The notes under the pieces: model-generated
The model's input: the letters and a program-made list of their open reading frames with translations, nothing else
The model's database searches: none
What the model was told of the DNA's origin: nothing
Shown here: one piece after another, positions 16,892-30,301 of the stretch
How positions within the stretch are numbered: the first letter of the stretch is position 1
Layout of the letters: each line of letters opens with the position of its first letter
Source of the DNA: the human T2T-CHM13v2.0 reference genome, Homo sapiens
DNA length: 64,000 nt
Direction: 5' to 3' (one strand)
Assembly (NCBI RefSeq): GCF_009914755.1
Contig: NC_060928.1
Position numbers and translations under genes: made by a program

Positions 16892-18674
16892 TAATTGGGG
16901 TGACACACATGTCAAGATTTAAAGAGTTGTGCGACCTGCTCAAACTGACGTATTTCCATTCTTGGTGAACAGTCAAGTTTGTGCCCTTGTGTTATTACTG
17001 CCCTAGTCAGCTTCAAGCCCCTTTGGAGGCTGTTTACTCCTCTGCCTTTCTAATTCTTTCTGGGGTTTGAGTGACACCAGTGTCTCATCAATACTTCCCA
17101 CCTTGAGCCATCATGGGGGGAGTTGGACAGCATTTACTTGTCAGTGAATTTGGTAAGAGAAATGTGGTGAACTGCAGAGCTGATGACAGTTTGTTGGAAG
17201 TCACTGCTGTGTGTATAAAGAAAAGGAGGTGTGGCTTGTCAAAGGGCTCCTCTCACATTTCTTGATAAGTTCAATAGGTGGGAGAGTCAAGCCACTGACG
17301 TTGAAATACAAGTAAAGAATGATTCAACCCTCTTTCGTAATCCCCGTCCTCTGGCAAGGTCTGGGTGTGGCACGTTGGATTGGGAGTTCGCGTCGTGGAT
17401 GTCTCATACGTTTCCAGGTGTCAGTAGCATCGCATCACGTACAAGTGAAAACCTGCCTGAAGCCGTCTGAGGCACGGTGAAGTGATTATCTGAAGTTTTA
17501 CAGCGCTTTAAAACTTCTCTTTCAGTATTTTCTTTCCCTCCTTCTGAAAACCTAAGAAACTGATAAGAAGCTCAAATGATACTGCTTTCTCCCACTTGCT
17601 AAGGTTAAAGATGAAATATCAATCATAACTATCAATCTTTTGAATCTGGTTGATTTAAATCAGACCTTTATTGGATTAGTTTTGTGGAATCCACAGACAT
17701 CTGTAAACACTCTTTTAAGCACATATTTGGCTGTCAGTCAGGAAAATGTCACTGCTCTAATTAAGCAGGCCCATAGATAATTTAGACAAGCTGATTTCAT
17801 ATTTAATTTCCTTTGAAGAGAAAGGAAGGTATCTCTTCTTGGATGTTTAAACTCGTTAGGCTCTGGTTTCTCACACTGTTACTAACTCATCTCCTTCCAG
17901 TATCGAGCACGCAATGGGGTGTGCTCACCCTGCCTGCATGGTTGGCACGGAGTCCTCAAACTCCATGAAAGCAGTGGGCTTGCTCCTCTATTCTCTCTCC
18001 CCCAGCTCACTCTTACTCTCTCTCCCCGCCCCATATATATATGTAGTTATAATACTTCGAACCTTGTCTGGCACATAAAAAGTGCTATGTAAAATTTTAT
18101 CCTTATTATTATTAAGAGTAGTTGAGTTTCTTGGTCAAGCATACTTCTTTGTCTTTGCTTTGGAAAAGCTCTCTCTTTCTCTCAAGGTGATAGTTTATTG
18201 AAATTATATCAGGAACTCATAAAAGAGTCAGTTTGGGCCATCCGGGATAGCAATTCAATGTGTTAAATATTTAATTGGCCCCTATTAAGAATAAGGCCAC
18301 AGTACTGGAAACCCTGAGAAATATCAGGATGAGGAAGGTAGTCTTTGATTGCAAGGAAAACGTGACCTAAAAGAAATATAACTGTGATCAGTGATGAAGA
18401 AGAGTGCACATCATAAGAGAAGTAAAAACCACAATGAAAGTTCAGAACTGGGAGAAATATTTGTTTGAGGTATTGGGAAAGATTTCAGGGAGGAAGTGTC
18501 ATTTTGGAAGGAGCATGGGGGATAAGTAATTTCATTTGCAGAAATGTGAAGGGATGGGAGGAGTCCAGGCATGAACAGATCACATGACTGCCATTAAGGG
18601 TAGAGAGTAGCCTAGTTGAGCACTAAGTTTAGGTTATATGAGGGGAAGAACAGAAACTAAGGCTGATAAGGTAG

Positions 18675-19100
18675 TGTATGCCATAACAAAATATCCTAGA
18701 CTGGATGGCCTAAGCAACAGAAATATATCCTCTCATGGTTCTGGAGGCTCGAAGTCCTAGATCAAGGTGCTGGCTGATTTGGTTTTGGGTGAAGGATCTC
18801 TTCCTGGCTTGCAGATGGCCACCTGCTCACTGTGTTCTCATATGGCCTTCCCTCTTTGATGTGGAGAGAGAGAGAAAGGGAGACAGAGAGCAAGAGAACG
18901 CTCTAGTTTCTCTTCCTCTTTTGTTTTCTTCTTCCTCTTCTTTTAAGGACACCGATGCTATTGGATTAGGACCCCACCCTTATGACCCCATGTAACCTTA
19001 CTTTCCTCTTGGTAGATGCTTTCTTCAAATACAGTCACTTTGGGAGTTAGGGCTCAACATATGAATTGGAGGGGCAGGGACACATTTCAGCCTGTAACAG
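18675..19100 (-). mobile_element. MaLR LTR (MLT1A-like)
   Basis: gccataacaaaatatcctagactgg...ttctggaggct...ggattaggaccccacccttatgacc...attt cagcctgtaaca. Confidence 0.8.
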
Positions 19101-19191
19101 ATGGGTTGGGTTACCTCTGCGGAAGACTAAAATCTGAGGGTTAGTCACTGAGGTTTCACTTCTCCAGTGAAACTGGCTGAGGGTCAGACAG

Positions 19192-19482
19192 TCAGTGTTG
19201 TCCCAAAGTTTCTACTAACCACATTACAACTGTAAAATGAAACAGGTGAAATGAATTTTAGCAATAATATTTTATGTATTCAAATATATCCAAAATATTA
19301 ACATTTTAATATCAGTGTAAAAATTATTGAGATATTTAATATTCTTTTTTATTTTGGTACTAAGTCTTCAAACTCTAATGTGTGTTTTATACTCACAGCA
19401 CTTCTTAATATGAACTAGATGCATTTCAGGTACTCAATACTCTCAAATGGCGAAGGCTAGGAAGTTGGACAGCAAAGTTCTA
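19192..19482. mobile_element. MER33-like hAT MITE
   Basis: aaacaggtgaaatgaatttt...tatatccaaaatatt...tactaagtcttcaaa...tttatactcacagcac...ttggacagc. Confidence 0.75.
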
Positions 19483-19960
19483 GGCAACAGGGAGCCACTG
19501 GCAGCATTTGAGTAAAGTGGTGCAATGATGGGTTTATCATCGTTGTGCTGGAGGGAGAATAATGTGGCACTGGTGTTTAGGCATGGCGCGGAGGAAACAT
19601 GGGATCCAGGAATGAGTAAGGCTGTTCTTGCAGTAATGTAAAATTGAGAGGAAGAGAGGCCCTAAATGTTAGGGTGGCAGTAGCTGAGAAAGAAAAAATG
19701 GTGGGTAGTTGGGAAAGAAAGGATGACTTTTCTGATATAGTTTATTCTTATATAAAAAGCAAAACTGTTGTATTTGATATAATATGTATGTCAATGACAG
19801 GATGTCTATACAAAAGAGTTAAGTATGAATCTTTAGGATCTGAACTTTTAAATGTTTGCCTAGAGGTTGTTTATTAATCTCCAACTTTGGGAAGTCTCCT
19901 TTCCTTCAAAGCAGGAAGAAAGCTTCCAGCCTCTCTCAGGAGCTTAGAACACCTGCATGG

Positions 19961-20255
19961 GGCTGGGTGTGGTGGCTCATGCCTGTAATCCCAACACTCT
20001 GGGAGGCCAAGGCAGGAGGATCACTTGAGGCCAGGAGTTTGAGACAGCCTGGGCAACATAGCGAAACACTGTTCTCCACAAAAAAAAAATTAAAAACAAA
20101 CAAGCAAACAAGAACTAACCAATCATAGTGATGCAAGCCTGTGGTCCAAGCTACTTGGTGGGTTGAGCTGGAAGAATTGCTTGACCCTAGGAGGTCAAGG
20201 CTACAATGAGCCATGATCACACCACTGTACCTCATCCTTAGCAACCAAGCAAGAT

Positions 20256-20292
<37 letters not shown>

Positions 20293-20327
20293 CAGAGAGA
20301 GAAAGAACGGAAACAAAAAAGGAAAAC
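19961..20327 (+). mobile_element. Alu (J-like) with long A tail
   Basis: TSD aacac(c/g)tgcatgg at 19948-19960 and 20328-20340. Confidence 0.95.
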
Positions 20328-20414
20328 AACACGTGCATGGGCATGCGTTGTAGGACCTAGTTCATCTCTCCAACATTCATGAAAGTCCCCTTAAACCTAA
20401 AAATGTATAGGGCT

Positions 20415-20521
20415 GTGCTCGCTTTGGCAGCACATATACTAAAATTGGAATGATACAGAGAAGATTAGCATGGCCCCTGCGCAAGGAGGACATGCAAATT
20501 CGTGAAGCGTTCCATATTTTT
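20415..20521 (+). pseudogene. U6 snRNA retro-pseudogene, full length, 5' part of a U6/L1 chimera
   Basis: Matches human U6 end to end with 4 substitutions (C11T, C37T, T74G, C79T); no recognisable PSE upstream; fused to L1. Confidence 0.97.
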
Positions 20522-21202
20522 AAAGTCAGGAAACAACAGGTGCTGGAGAGGATATGGACAAATAGGAACACTTTTACACTGTTGGTGGGACTGTAAACTA
20601 GTTCAACCCCTGTGGAAGATAGTGTGGTGATTCCTTCAGGGATCTAGAACTAGAAATACCATTTGACCCAGCCATCCCATTACTGGGTATATACCCAAAG
20701 GAATATAAATCATGCTTCTATAAAGACACATGCACACGTATGTTTATTGCAGCACTATTCACAATAGCAAAGACTTGGAACCAACCCAAATGTCCAACAA
20801 TGATAGACTGGATTAAGAAAATGTGGCACATATACACCATGGAATACTATGCAACCATAAAAAATGATGAGTTCATGTCCTTTGTAGGGACATGGATGAA
20901 GCTGGAAGCCATCATTCTCAGCAAACTATCACAAGGACAAAAAACCAAACACTGCATGTTCTTACTCATAGGTGGGAATTGAACAATGAGAACACTTGGA
21001 CACAGGGTGGGGAACATCACACACAGGGGCCTGTTGTGGGGTGGGGGGAGGGAGGAGGGATAGCATTAGGAGATACACCTAAAATAAATGACGAGTTAAT
21101 GGGTGCAGCACACCAACATGGCACATGTATACATATGTAACAAACCTGCACCTTGTGCATGTGAACCCTAGAACTTTAAGTATAATAAAAAATATATATT
21201 AA
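20522..21202 (+). mobile_element. L1PA (PA4/5-like) 3' ~670 bp, 3' part of the U6/L1 chimera
   Basis: ORF2 C-terminus (MFIAALFTIAKTWNQPKCP...), G-rich 3'UTR and A-rich tail; shared TSD 20399-20414 / 21203-21218. Confidence 0.95.
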
Positions 21203-21281
21203 AAAAATATATAGGTCTCTGAGAACATATAGCATGACAGAAGCTGATGAAGCTCCTCTTCCAAAGGCTGTCCAACTATAA

Positions 21282-21482
<201 letters not shown>

Positions 21483-22782
21483 TGAAGGGGAGGGACTTGG
21501 CTCGGGGATATTCTATACCCTAATCTCTATTTGCATTAGAGATTCTAAAAATCATTCAGTTCAGGCAGGCTGCAGAGCTGGCTTTCCTGATTAGGACGAT
21601 GCTGGGCTTGAGAATTTGAAATGGTCCAAGTTTTCTTAATTTAATAGCATCTGGAATAAATCCTTTTTTATTACTCACAATCCAATAAAGATGGGAACAT
21701 GGGTATCTCTCTTCAACTGTGCAACTAATCTCACTATTTGTAATGTCAATTTGTGGGGCTGCTGGATAAGTTTTGCAGGGCTAGGCAGGTCGGTGAGAAT
21801 GTCTGGACTCAGCATTTTAAATCACTTTCAAGGATTTTAAAATATTACTTTAAAAAGGCAGTATTTCTTGTTCTGAATTAGAACTCCAGCTCTCTTCTCT
21901 TTCTTTTCTCAATATTCATAATGGTTGACTCCTGCTTCCTGAATCTTCTTCCCATAACAGCAGTAACATCTCACCATCAGCACCCCAGAAGGGGAGCTGG
22001 CTTCACCTAGACCCTGGAGACCAGGATGGGGGTCTTTCCCATCACTGCCCACTTTTTGCCTGTCAGCCCTATAAGCAGAAAACATCCTAAGAAGAAAAAT
22101 TCTGTGCTTACTTGGTCTCTGTTTTTTTTTTTTTAGCATATTATTTTTCTCAAATAATTTGCTCTTCTTAAAGGTACTGAAAAACTGCTTATATTTATGT
22201 AGTCAGCTGCACATGTTTACCTTTTAAGGAGCAGTGAACCATTCAATAAAAGAGACTTTACTATTATATTTTGGCATGCCCTCTGTTACGGGAACATTTT
22301 CTTCCTGCCAGAGTTGCTACAGTCTTGTCCTTGAGGGCTCCTCTGAAGGTTAGTTTTTAGAAGAAAGCACTGTGAGAAAAAATTTTCGAGACTCCAGGAT
22401 ATTGGAGGTAACGGACTGCACATTGATGGGTAGGTTTTAAACCATAGAGTTACCAGTTGTTCAGTGAGACCTTGAAGCTAACTGTCACTTCACATGGTTA
22501 GTGTATGTTTGTGTGTGACAGGTTTGTTTTTATGAGATCAGTGACTCTGAATTCACATGGCGACTTAGGACTGGGTGTTCTTTTACCTGCCTCCAATATG
22601 CTTTATGTATCAGATAATACTGAGCCCAAAGGAAGAACGGCTGGTTTCATAGTGAATGACTAAGGTCTAGCTAGGAAAGTGAAACTATTGTCCCTTCTAG
22701 TAGTTCTTCTGTCACTAAAAGATTTATGTCACAAACTATTCACAGAAACTAGTTCCTCATATTGATACTTGAAAGACACTAA

Positions 22783-22971
<189 letters not shown>

Positions 22972-25102
22972 TAAGTTAAACTGTCTTGCTGATGGCACAG
23001 AGAGATGCTATTCAGTCCATAACTTGTAGCTAATTTGTAAAATTTACACTCAGGATGTTTTTCTGCAATTAGGTGTTCTTTTGGAAAAATATAAACATAC
23101 ACATATGAACCACGTGTGTGCACTTCATTGCATGCTCCTTGTGTATCACGATGCCCCCTTCTAGTTACCGGTGATAAGTATAAATCTAAGGAGTTGGTGA
23201 TTTCCCCTTTTACTGAAATAATTTGATGTTACTACTAGTATAGTCTAGGGATTAAATGTCTCATCCTGGTTGAAAAACTTAGGTTTGTGAGATAATTCCT
23301 TAAAACTTTTTTTTTCCATCAAATGTGCTTTATATTATGTGTGAGCATCCGTGATCTGTTTCTGGATTTACAAAAGTTTGGTACATATTCACACTGGACT
23401 TCTTGCCAGAGTCCAAAAATATTTTTCTTCAAAACTAATCATATGTATATTTTTTCTTCACTTCCTAACAGTTGACTTTTACATTTTGTTGTTCAGTAAC
23501 AATTGCTGATACTGCAGCTGCTGCTTTTTGCTCCCTTTTTGCCCCCATAAGGGTTTCACAGTGGGTAACGTGTCAACCTGGAAAGGAGATTTGAGGAAGC
23601 CCTAAAACTATGAGACATTCCCACTGTGCTCACTCCGAAAACCTTTCCTGTGGACCCTTTAACAAAACCCAAACCCACAATAGCCAGTTCTGCCTCAAAT
23701 TTTACTTTTAATTCATTTCATATTTTCAAGGCAATAGGAGGAAACTGATAGATACCAAAAAACTAATACGTCTCCCAGGGTCAGGCTCCTGATCCATTGA
23801 TAATTTTCTCTGTGCCTGAGGGAGGGGTGATGAAATAGTCTGATCCTCACAAATAGCTACTATAACCTTAAAGTCTTCTCTTATTTCATCAGTAATAATG
23901 AACAGAATAACTAAATTTGTGGAAGAGTAAGCTATATTCTGTGACAAAGTGTATGGCCTTGCACTAGAAATCATGTCCGCATGACAAAAATAGTGAAAAA
24001 TTGCTCATGAATACTAGTAAAAATGACTCAGTCCTTATAGAATTCTGTTTTCATATTCATATTTACATGCTATAATTTCCTAACCTATGATAAATTGGGT
24101 ATTTGCAATAGTTATTGCTAGTTTTAATGTTAAGAATCTAATTGGTTTTGCCTGTTCATTGTTTCTGATCATCCCAAATAATGAAATTACAAAAATAAAT
24201 GTCCGAATGTATTAGGTCATGGTTGTTTTCCTCCATGATACTTTAGACTATAAAAATCATTATAATAATATAAAGGGTACTACAGGGTTACATACTGCAT
24301 TTAGAACAATGTTTTCATTTGGATCTGATAACATCCATTTATTAAATGATTGATGAACTCTTTAACACACTGCTTTTCTTTCTGTCATTAAATCCTGATG
24401 AAAATATCATATTTCTCTGATAATGTTTTAAACATGAGTTGCTACAAATGACAAACTGGAGATAAGACTCAAATTGAAGGACCTTGAACCTAAAGCAATA
24501 TTTAAAATATTACCAGAGTTCACAGTAATCTGGATCATAACCTTGTTTTTAAATTGTATATTTAATAAAAATGTGGTTTAATTAACTATTCAACCCTTGC
24601 CTCCTCCTGCCCTGATGACCTCACCTTATCTTTTATTAATTCCTTAATAACAAGTCTCTAGGAAGTGCTTTACCCATCCAACTTTTATTAGAAACACTTC
24701 CTAGGCAGGTGTCATTCTGTACAGAGTGCTCTTCATGCTGTAAGCAGGTTTTGGAAGAGCCAGCTCTTTCTTCCTTTCTTAGAGGAACTGGAAGTTCCCC
24801 TCAGCCACAAGAAACCACAGGGTGCCCCCGGGGTGATGCAGAGGAAGTGAGAGTTGGGAGTCTCCATGCCCAAGGTATTCCTCGAAGATTTCCTGGTTTG
24901 GAGATGCTCAGGAGGCTCCAAACCTTCTGGGCTCAGAGGAGGTCCTCGTTCATTCTGTCTTTCAGCCAAACACCCTTCTGAACAGGTCTTCTTTAGACCA
25001 AGACCCCCCAACATCAGTCCTGTGAAATGCTTTTTAAAAACAGGCTGTATGGTCAAATCACGTTGAGAGATGCATCATACTCTACCCTCAATTTTTTTTT
25101 TT

Positions 25103-25452
25103 CAGGAGACCATCGTCTTATTATTACTCAAATTGGTTTCCCTGAGCATTCGGGGAGCAGAGTTTTTAAGGACAGCTTGGTGGGTTAGGGGAAGCCAGTG
25201 AGCCAGGAGTGCTGATGGGTCAGGGATGAAATCACAGAGAGTTGAAGCTGTCTTCTTGCGCTGAGTCAGTTCCTGGGTGGGGGCCATAACTTCAGATGAG
25301 CCAGTTAATTGATCCGGGTGGTGTCAGCTGATCCATCAAGTGCAGGGTCTACAGAATATCTCAAGCATTGATCTTAGGAGCAGTATAGGGAGGTTCAGAA
25401 TCTTGTAGCCTCCAGCTGCGTAACTCCCAAACCATAATTTCTAATCTTCTGT
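25103..25452 (-). mobile_element. LTR8-like (ERV1) fragment with poly(A) tail
   Basis: ttattattactcaaat...cctgagcattcgggga...ctgagtcagttcctgggtgggggcca...ccataatttctaatctt match LTR8 reverse complement. Confidence 0.8.
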
Positions 25453-25510
25453 CTAGCCCTCAATTCTTGATTCATAGTATATACCACAACACATTAAAAA
25501 GTCTTGTTTA

Positions 25511-26086
<576 letters not shown>

Positions 26087-26479
26087 TCATAACCAAAGAA
26101 CTAGTATCCTGTGTCCTCCTCCCACCCTGGAAAATGCTGAATGACTATTCTGGGCCTTATAAGACTCAGTGAGGCTCTACTATTGCAGCTGACTTGGATC
26201 TCCAGGACTCTTGGCTAAGGGACTGACATATTCCTCAAGACCCCAGACTTTCTGAAAGGATCAGAGGTGTGGCCCATTAACATCCAACAGTTTAAAAGTG
26301 GTGCTGCTAGGCATTGATAGTAAATGGCTGTAACCAAAGATAGCTAGAATTAAAACAGCATCCAAGAAAGCCTGCAAGAATGATGGTCCTTTATGCTTTT
26401 GCACTCAGATCCTGATATCTCTTGCATGGTTAGTTCCAGAAGATAGCTTTTCAGAGGTGAATAGAGCATAAAACTCTTT

Positions 26480-26690
26480 TTGGAAGCAGCATGGTATAGT
26501 GGAAAGAACATAGGCTTTGAAATCAGAGAACCATTGGAGTCAAACCTGTCACTCATAGCTGTGTGACGTTGTACAAACTCCTTGAGCCTCAGTTTCCTTA
26601 TCCATAATACAGGAATATGCCACCAAAAATAAAATAAGTAAAAGTGCCTAGCAGGATGTCAAACACACAAGATGGTTAACAAGTACTAAT
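26480..26690 (+). mobile_element. MIR
   Basis: gcagcatggtatagtggaaagaacataggctttg...tagctgtgtgac...gagcctcagtttcct. Confidence 0.75.
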
Positions 26691-27046
26691 CCATTTCCCT
26701 CCTTCCTCTGTGAGTGAGTTGCCCAGTCCCTCTGACCAGCTAAAGGTAGAGACAGGCCTAGAGCCCAGATCTTCTGGAGCTTTGTCCAGTGTTTTTTCCA
26801 TGCTGCCTCTTCTCACTATGGGCACTGGTGTCAGTTCTCTGTATTTTTATTCCGTTAAGTCCTTTTGGAATAAAGTGGGGACATGGATGAATAAATAGTT
26901 GATCCAGGGACCAAAGGGAGGAATTTTTAATAAGTGGGCATTACAGAGTGTTTAATAGGATGTTTTTCAAAGTTGATGCTTTTGCAAAGGATAATAGAAT
27001 ACAGATGTTTACCTGAGATCTTAATTGTTTCTAGAAATGCACATTC

Positions 27047-27062
27047 CCAGTAGATGGCAGCA
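27047..27062 (+). promoter_or_regulatory. Candidate CTCF site CCAGTAGATGGCAGCA
   Basis: Close match to the CTCF core CC(A/G)(C/G)(C/T)AG(A/G)(T/G)GGC; motif only, no binding data. Confidence 0.55.
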
Positions 27063-27745
27063 TTGCTTCATTTACTTCAAAAAAGTTCAGCAGTTCACTC
27101 TAGTGACAGTTTCACTAATGGGACAGCAGGGTGTTTGTAGGTGAACGTCCCTTTTTCCTCCATATAGCTTTTTCTCTCATTGAAGAAAATAGGCAAATGC
27201 CTGTATGTATGTTGTACTGGGTCTTCCCTTGCACTAGTAGTGATTTTTTTTTTTAAAGGAAAAAAGTTTTCTCTGCAGACTAGGTTATGTGTTCTGTTTA
27301 GAAACTGTACACATTCTTCTTTTATAGCCTGGTTTCAAGTGAGGAACTCTGCCTTCAAATTCTCCTTTCCTTTCACCTATACTCATTGCAATCTGGCCAA
27401 ACATTTGTTTCCAAAACTCCCTTGGCTCTTAGGGCAGAGTTGCTTTGTGTTGGTTTTAAAAGGTGGCTCCTCAGGATTTTAGCCTAACAGAAACTGATCT
27501 TTAATCAATGTCCTGTAATGCCTTATAGAGGCAGTATGCAAATAATCCCCCATAAATCCCAGAGCAAACAGACGAAAGGGAGAAGTCCATGCTGCATTAA
27601 CTTGTAAATCATAGCGCTTTCAACTGACCCCTGATGGATTTTCTATATGTTTCTAAAGAGCTGAGTCTGGAAATGCAGAGGTTGAGAGACAGCTGAATAC
27701 TGAGTGTCAAAACTATCAGCGTTTTTGGCCAGGCATCTCTGATGA

Positions 27746-27937
<192 letters not shown>

Positions 27938-28059
27938 TGACCCTGTCTTTCCTTTGGTACTGGAAACCTCTTTCTAAGACCTCCCAGGGGAATGCCTGTC
28001 TCCTTGAGATGAGATGTATGAAATAGTACCTCTACATACTACATTTAAAACGTGAAATA

Positions 28060-28360
28060 GGCTGGGTGCAGTGACCCATGCCTGCAATCCCAGCACTTTG
28101 GGAGGCCGAGGCAGGCAGATCACTTGAGGTCAGAAGTTCGAGACCAGCCTGGCCAACATGGTGAAACCCCGTCTCCACTAAAAAGGCAAAAAGTAACAGG
28201 CGTAGTGATGCACACCAGTAATCTCAGCTACTCGGGAGGCTGAGGCATGAGAATTACTTGAACTTGGGAGGCAGGGGTTGCAGTGAGCCAAGATCATGCC
28301 ACTCCACTCCAGCATGGGCGATAGAGCGAGACTCCGTGTCAAAAAAAAAAAAAAAAAAAA
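28060..28360 (+). mobile_element. Alu (S-like)
   Basis: Full dimer; TSD aaaa(c/g)gtgaaata. Confidence 0.95.
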
Positions 28361-29139
28361 GGTGAAATAACAGTACAATTTTTACTGTTAGCTCAGGATT
28401 TCATTGCTCTGAAACATCAGTGCTTTTACGTTTTCCTTGTTCCATTCCAGTCATTGTCCATACACCTTCATAGTATATGTGTTATTTATCAATCACAATA
28501 TGGTTTTGCGTTCCACTCTCTTTGTTTAATATTATATGCTCCCCCCATAGCCTGCATAACTATAATTTTTCATTGCTGCCTTCCATTGAGTTGATTTTCC
28601 ACAAAATATTAACTGTCATAAAAGAAAATCAATATCTTCCCTAATTTGGAAGGAAATTTCTGGTCCTCAGATTTTGTGCTTTTAATAATTTCAAGTTAAC
28701 AATTAAAAACTGTAGACAATAACATTTATACATTTAATTCTTTAAAACTAACACTACATTAGGGTGCAGGCACAGGCATCACACTGCTCATTTTCTGTTT
28801 TCTTAGAAAGTAGGACAGCTTCCTCTATTATCATCAATATTGAAAAGCATTTTATGTACGGTTATAGTTTGTGTTGTACAAAATCAGTGAGTCATAAAAC
28901 TTTAGGGCTGAAGGGGACTTTATGGAATTATCTAGTTCAATCTTATCATTTCATGGCTGGAGGACCTAAGACCCACTTGACTAATAGGTCCCAATTCTCT
29001 GAGATGTACAAAATATCTGCCACCATCTGTAGATAAAAATTTAACCACATTTATGGGTACTACACAACCACTCAAGTGGCAACTGTCTTGTGTTCTGGAA
29101 AATTCAACATATCAGCCAAGATGTACTTATCAGAGATCC

Positions 29140-29390
29140 TGCTATAGCCTAGTGTAGTGGTTAAGAGCACAGGCTCTGGAATCAGATTATACAGGTTCAA
29201 ATCCAAGTTAGTGTCTAAATAACACCAGACATGTGTCCTAACCTCTGTATTCATTAATTTCCTTTACTATAAAGTAGGAACAAGAATAGTACTTATCTCA
29301 AGGGTTATTGTGAGATTAATTGGGTTAACCTAAGTAAAGGCTTTAGTGTAAGTCTGGCATATAGGAATTAATAAATGCTATCTGTTATTT
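29140..29390 (+). mobile_element. MIR
   Basis: tagtgtagtggttaagagcacaggctctggaatcaga...ggttcaaatcc...agggttattgtgagatt. Confidence 0.8.
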
Positions 29391-30301
29391 TGATTTTTTA
29401 TGAACTGTAACCTTCCCCCAAAAGAGTCATATGCTCTAAGCCCTTTTCTACCACCTCTTGAGAGACAAGATTCTTAGGCACAAACTTGACATTTTAATTC
29501 AGTAGTCCATCAATAACATTGTAATTTTTAGCCTGGTGTGTAATCAATATCTTGGATATGTGTAGAAAGAATATTGAATGATCAATGGTTCATCCCATTG
29601 GATCATTGCCAAAGGGCAGGAAAAAAAAATGGAAACTAGAAACTTAAGTTCATGCGTGCCATAATTATTAAGTGTTTTTTCCTATTTGTTGTGTTATGAT
29701 ATAGTATGTCTTATGTTCTGTTGGCATTTTTCAGAGATCTGGATTGAAAGCTAACGGCAAATTGCTGGCTTTTTAAACTTGGAATTCAAAGACCAGCTCA
29801 GCTGAAAGATGACTATAGACTTTACATACATATAAGAGTATCTTCAACCTCAGACTCTCATACTCCAAAAATCAGAAGTGAAAGGACTATTCCTTCAAAA
29901 AGAAAGCTCATCAGAACCCTTTCTTTTTCTCTTCACTGAAATGCATCCAGAGTTGTACAATTCTTCCTGAGTGAATCTATGGTTATTTACCTAACAATTC
30001 TGATCAGTGTACCTGCTTACCTCTCCGCAAAGTTTCAGCTATGTGCATAACTACGTTTGCACTATAGATCAATTCTGACAAGATCAAATTAAAACTGCTA
30101 GTCTAAATGTTGCCATGTCATACTCAACTGTACCAACAAATACAGCTCTAACATTGAGTTTTTAAGTTAGACATGCTAACTGTTTTTCTTTAAAGGGTTA
30201 AAATCAGTTATTTCCTCCCTTATACCATTCCTTGCCTGTCTTGTCTAGCTTGTTTGATACCGTTTGTCTTCTGTGTCTCTCAAAGGATTAATTGTTTGTG
30301 T

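Noticed and set aside
20415-20521. Functional U6 snRNA gene
   Set aside because: No recognisable PSE, fused to L1, flanked by TSDs, and carries CpG decay plus U74G
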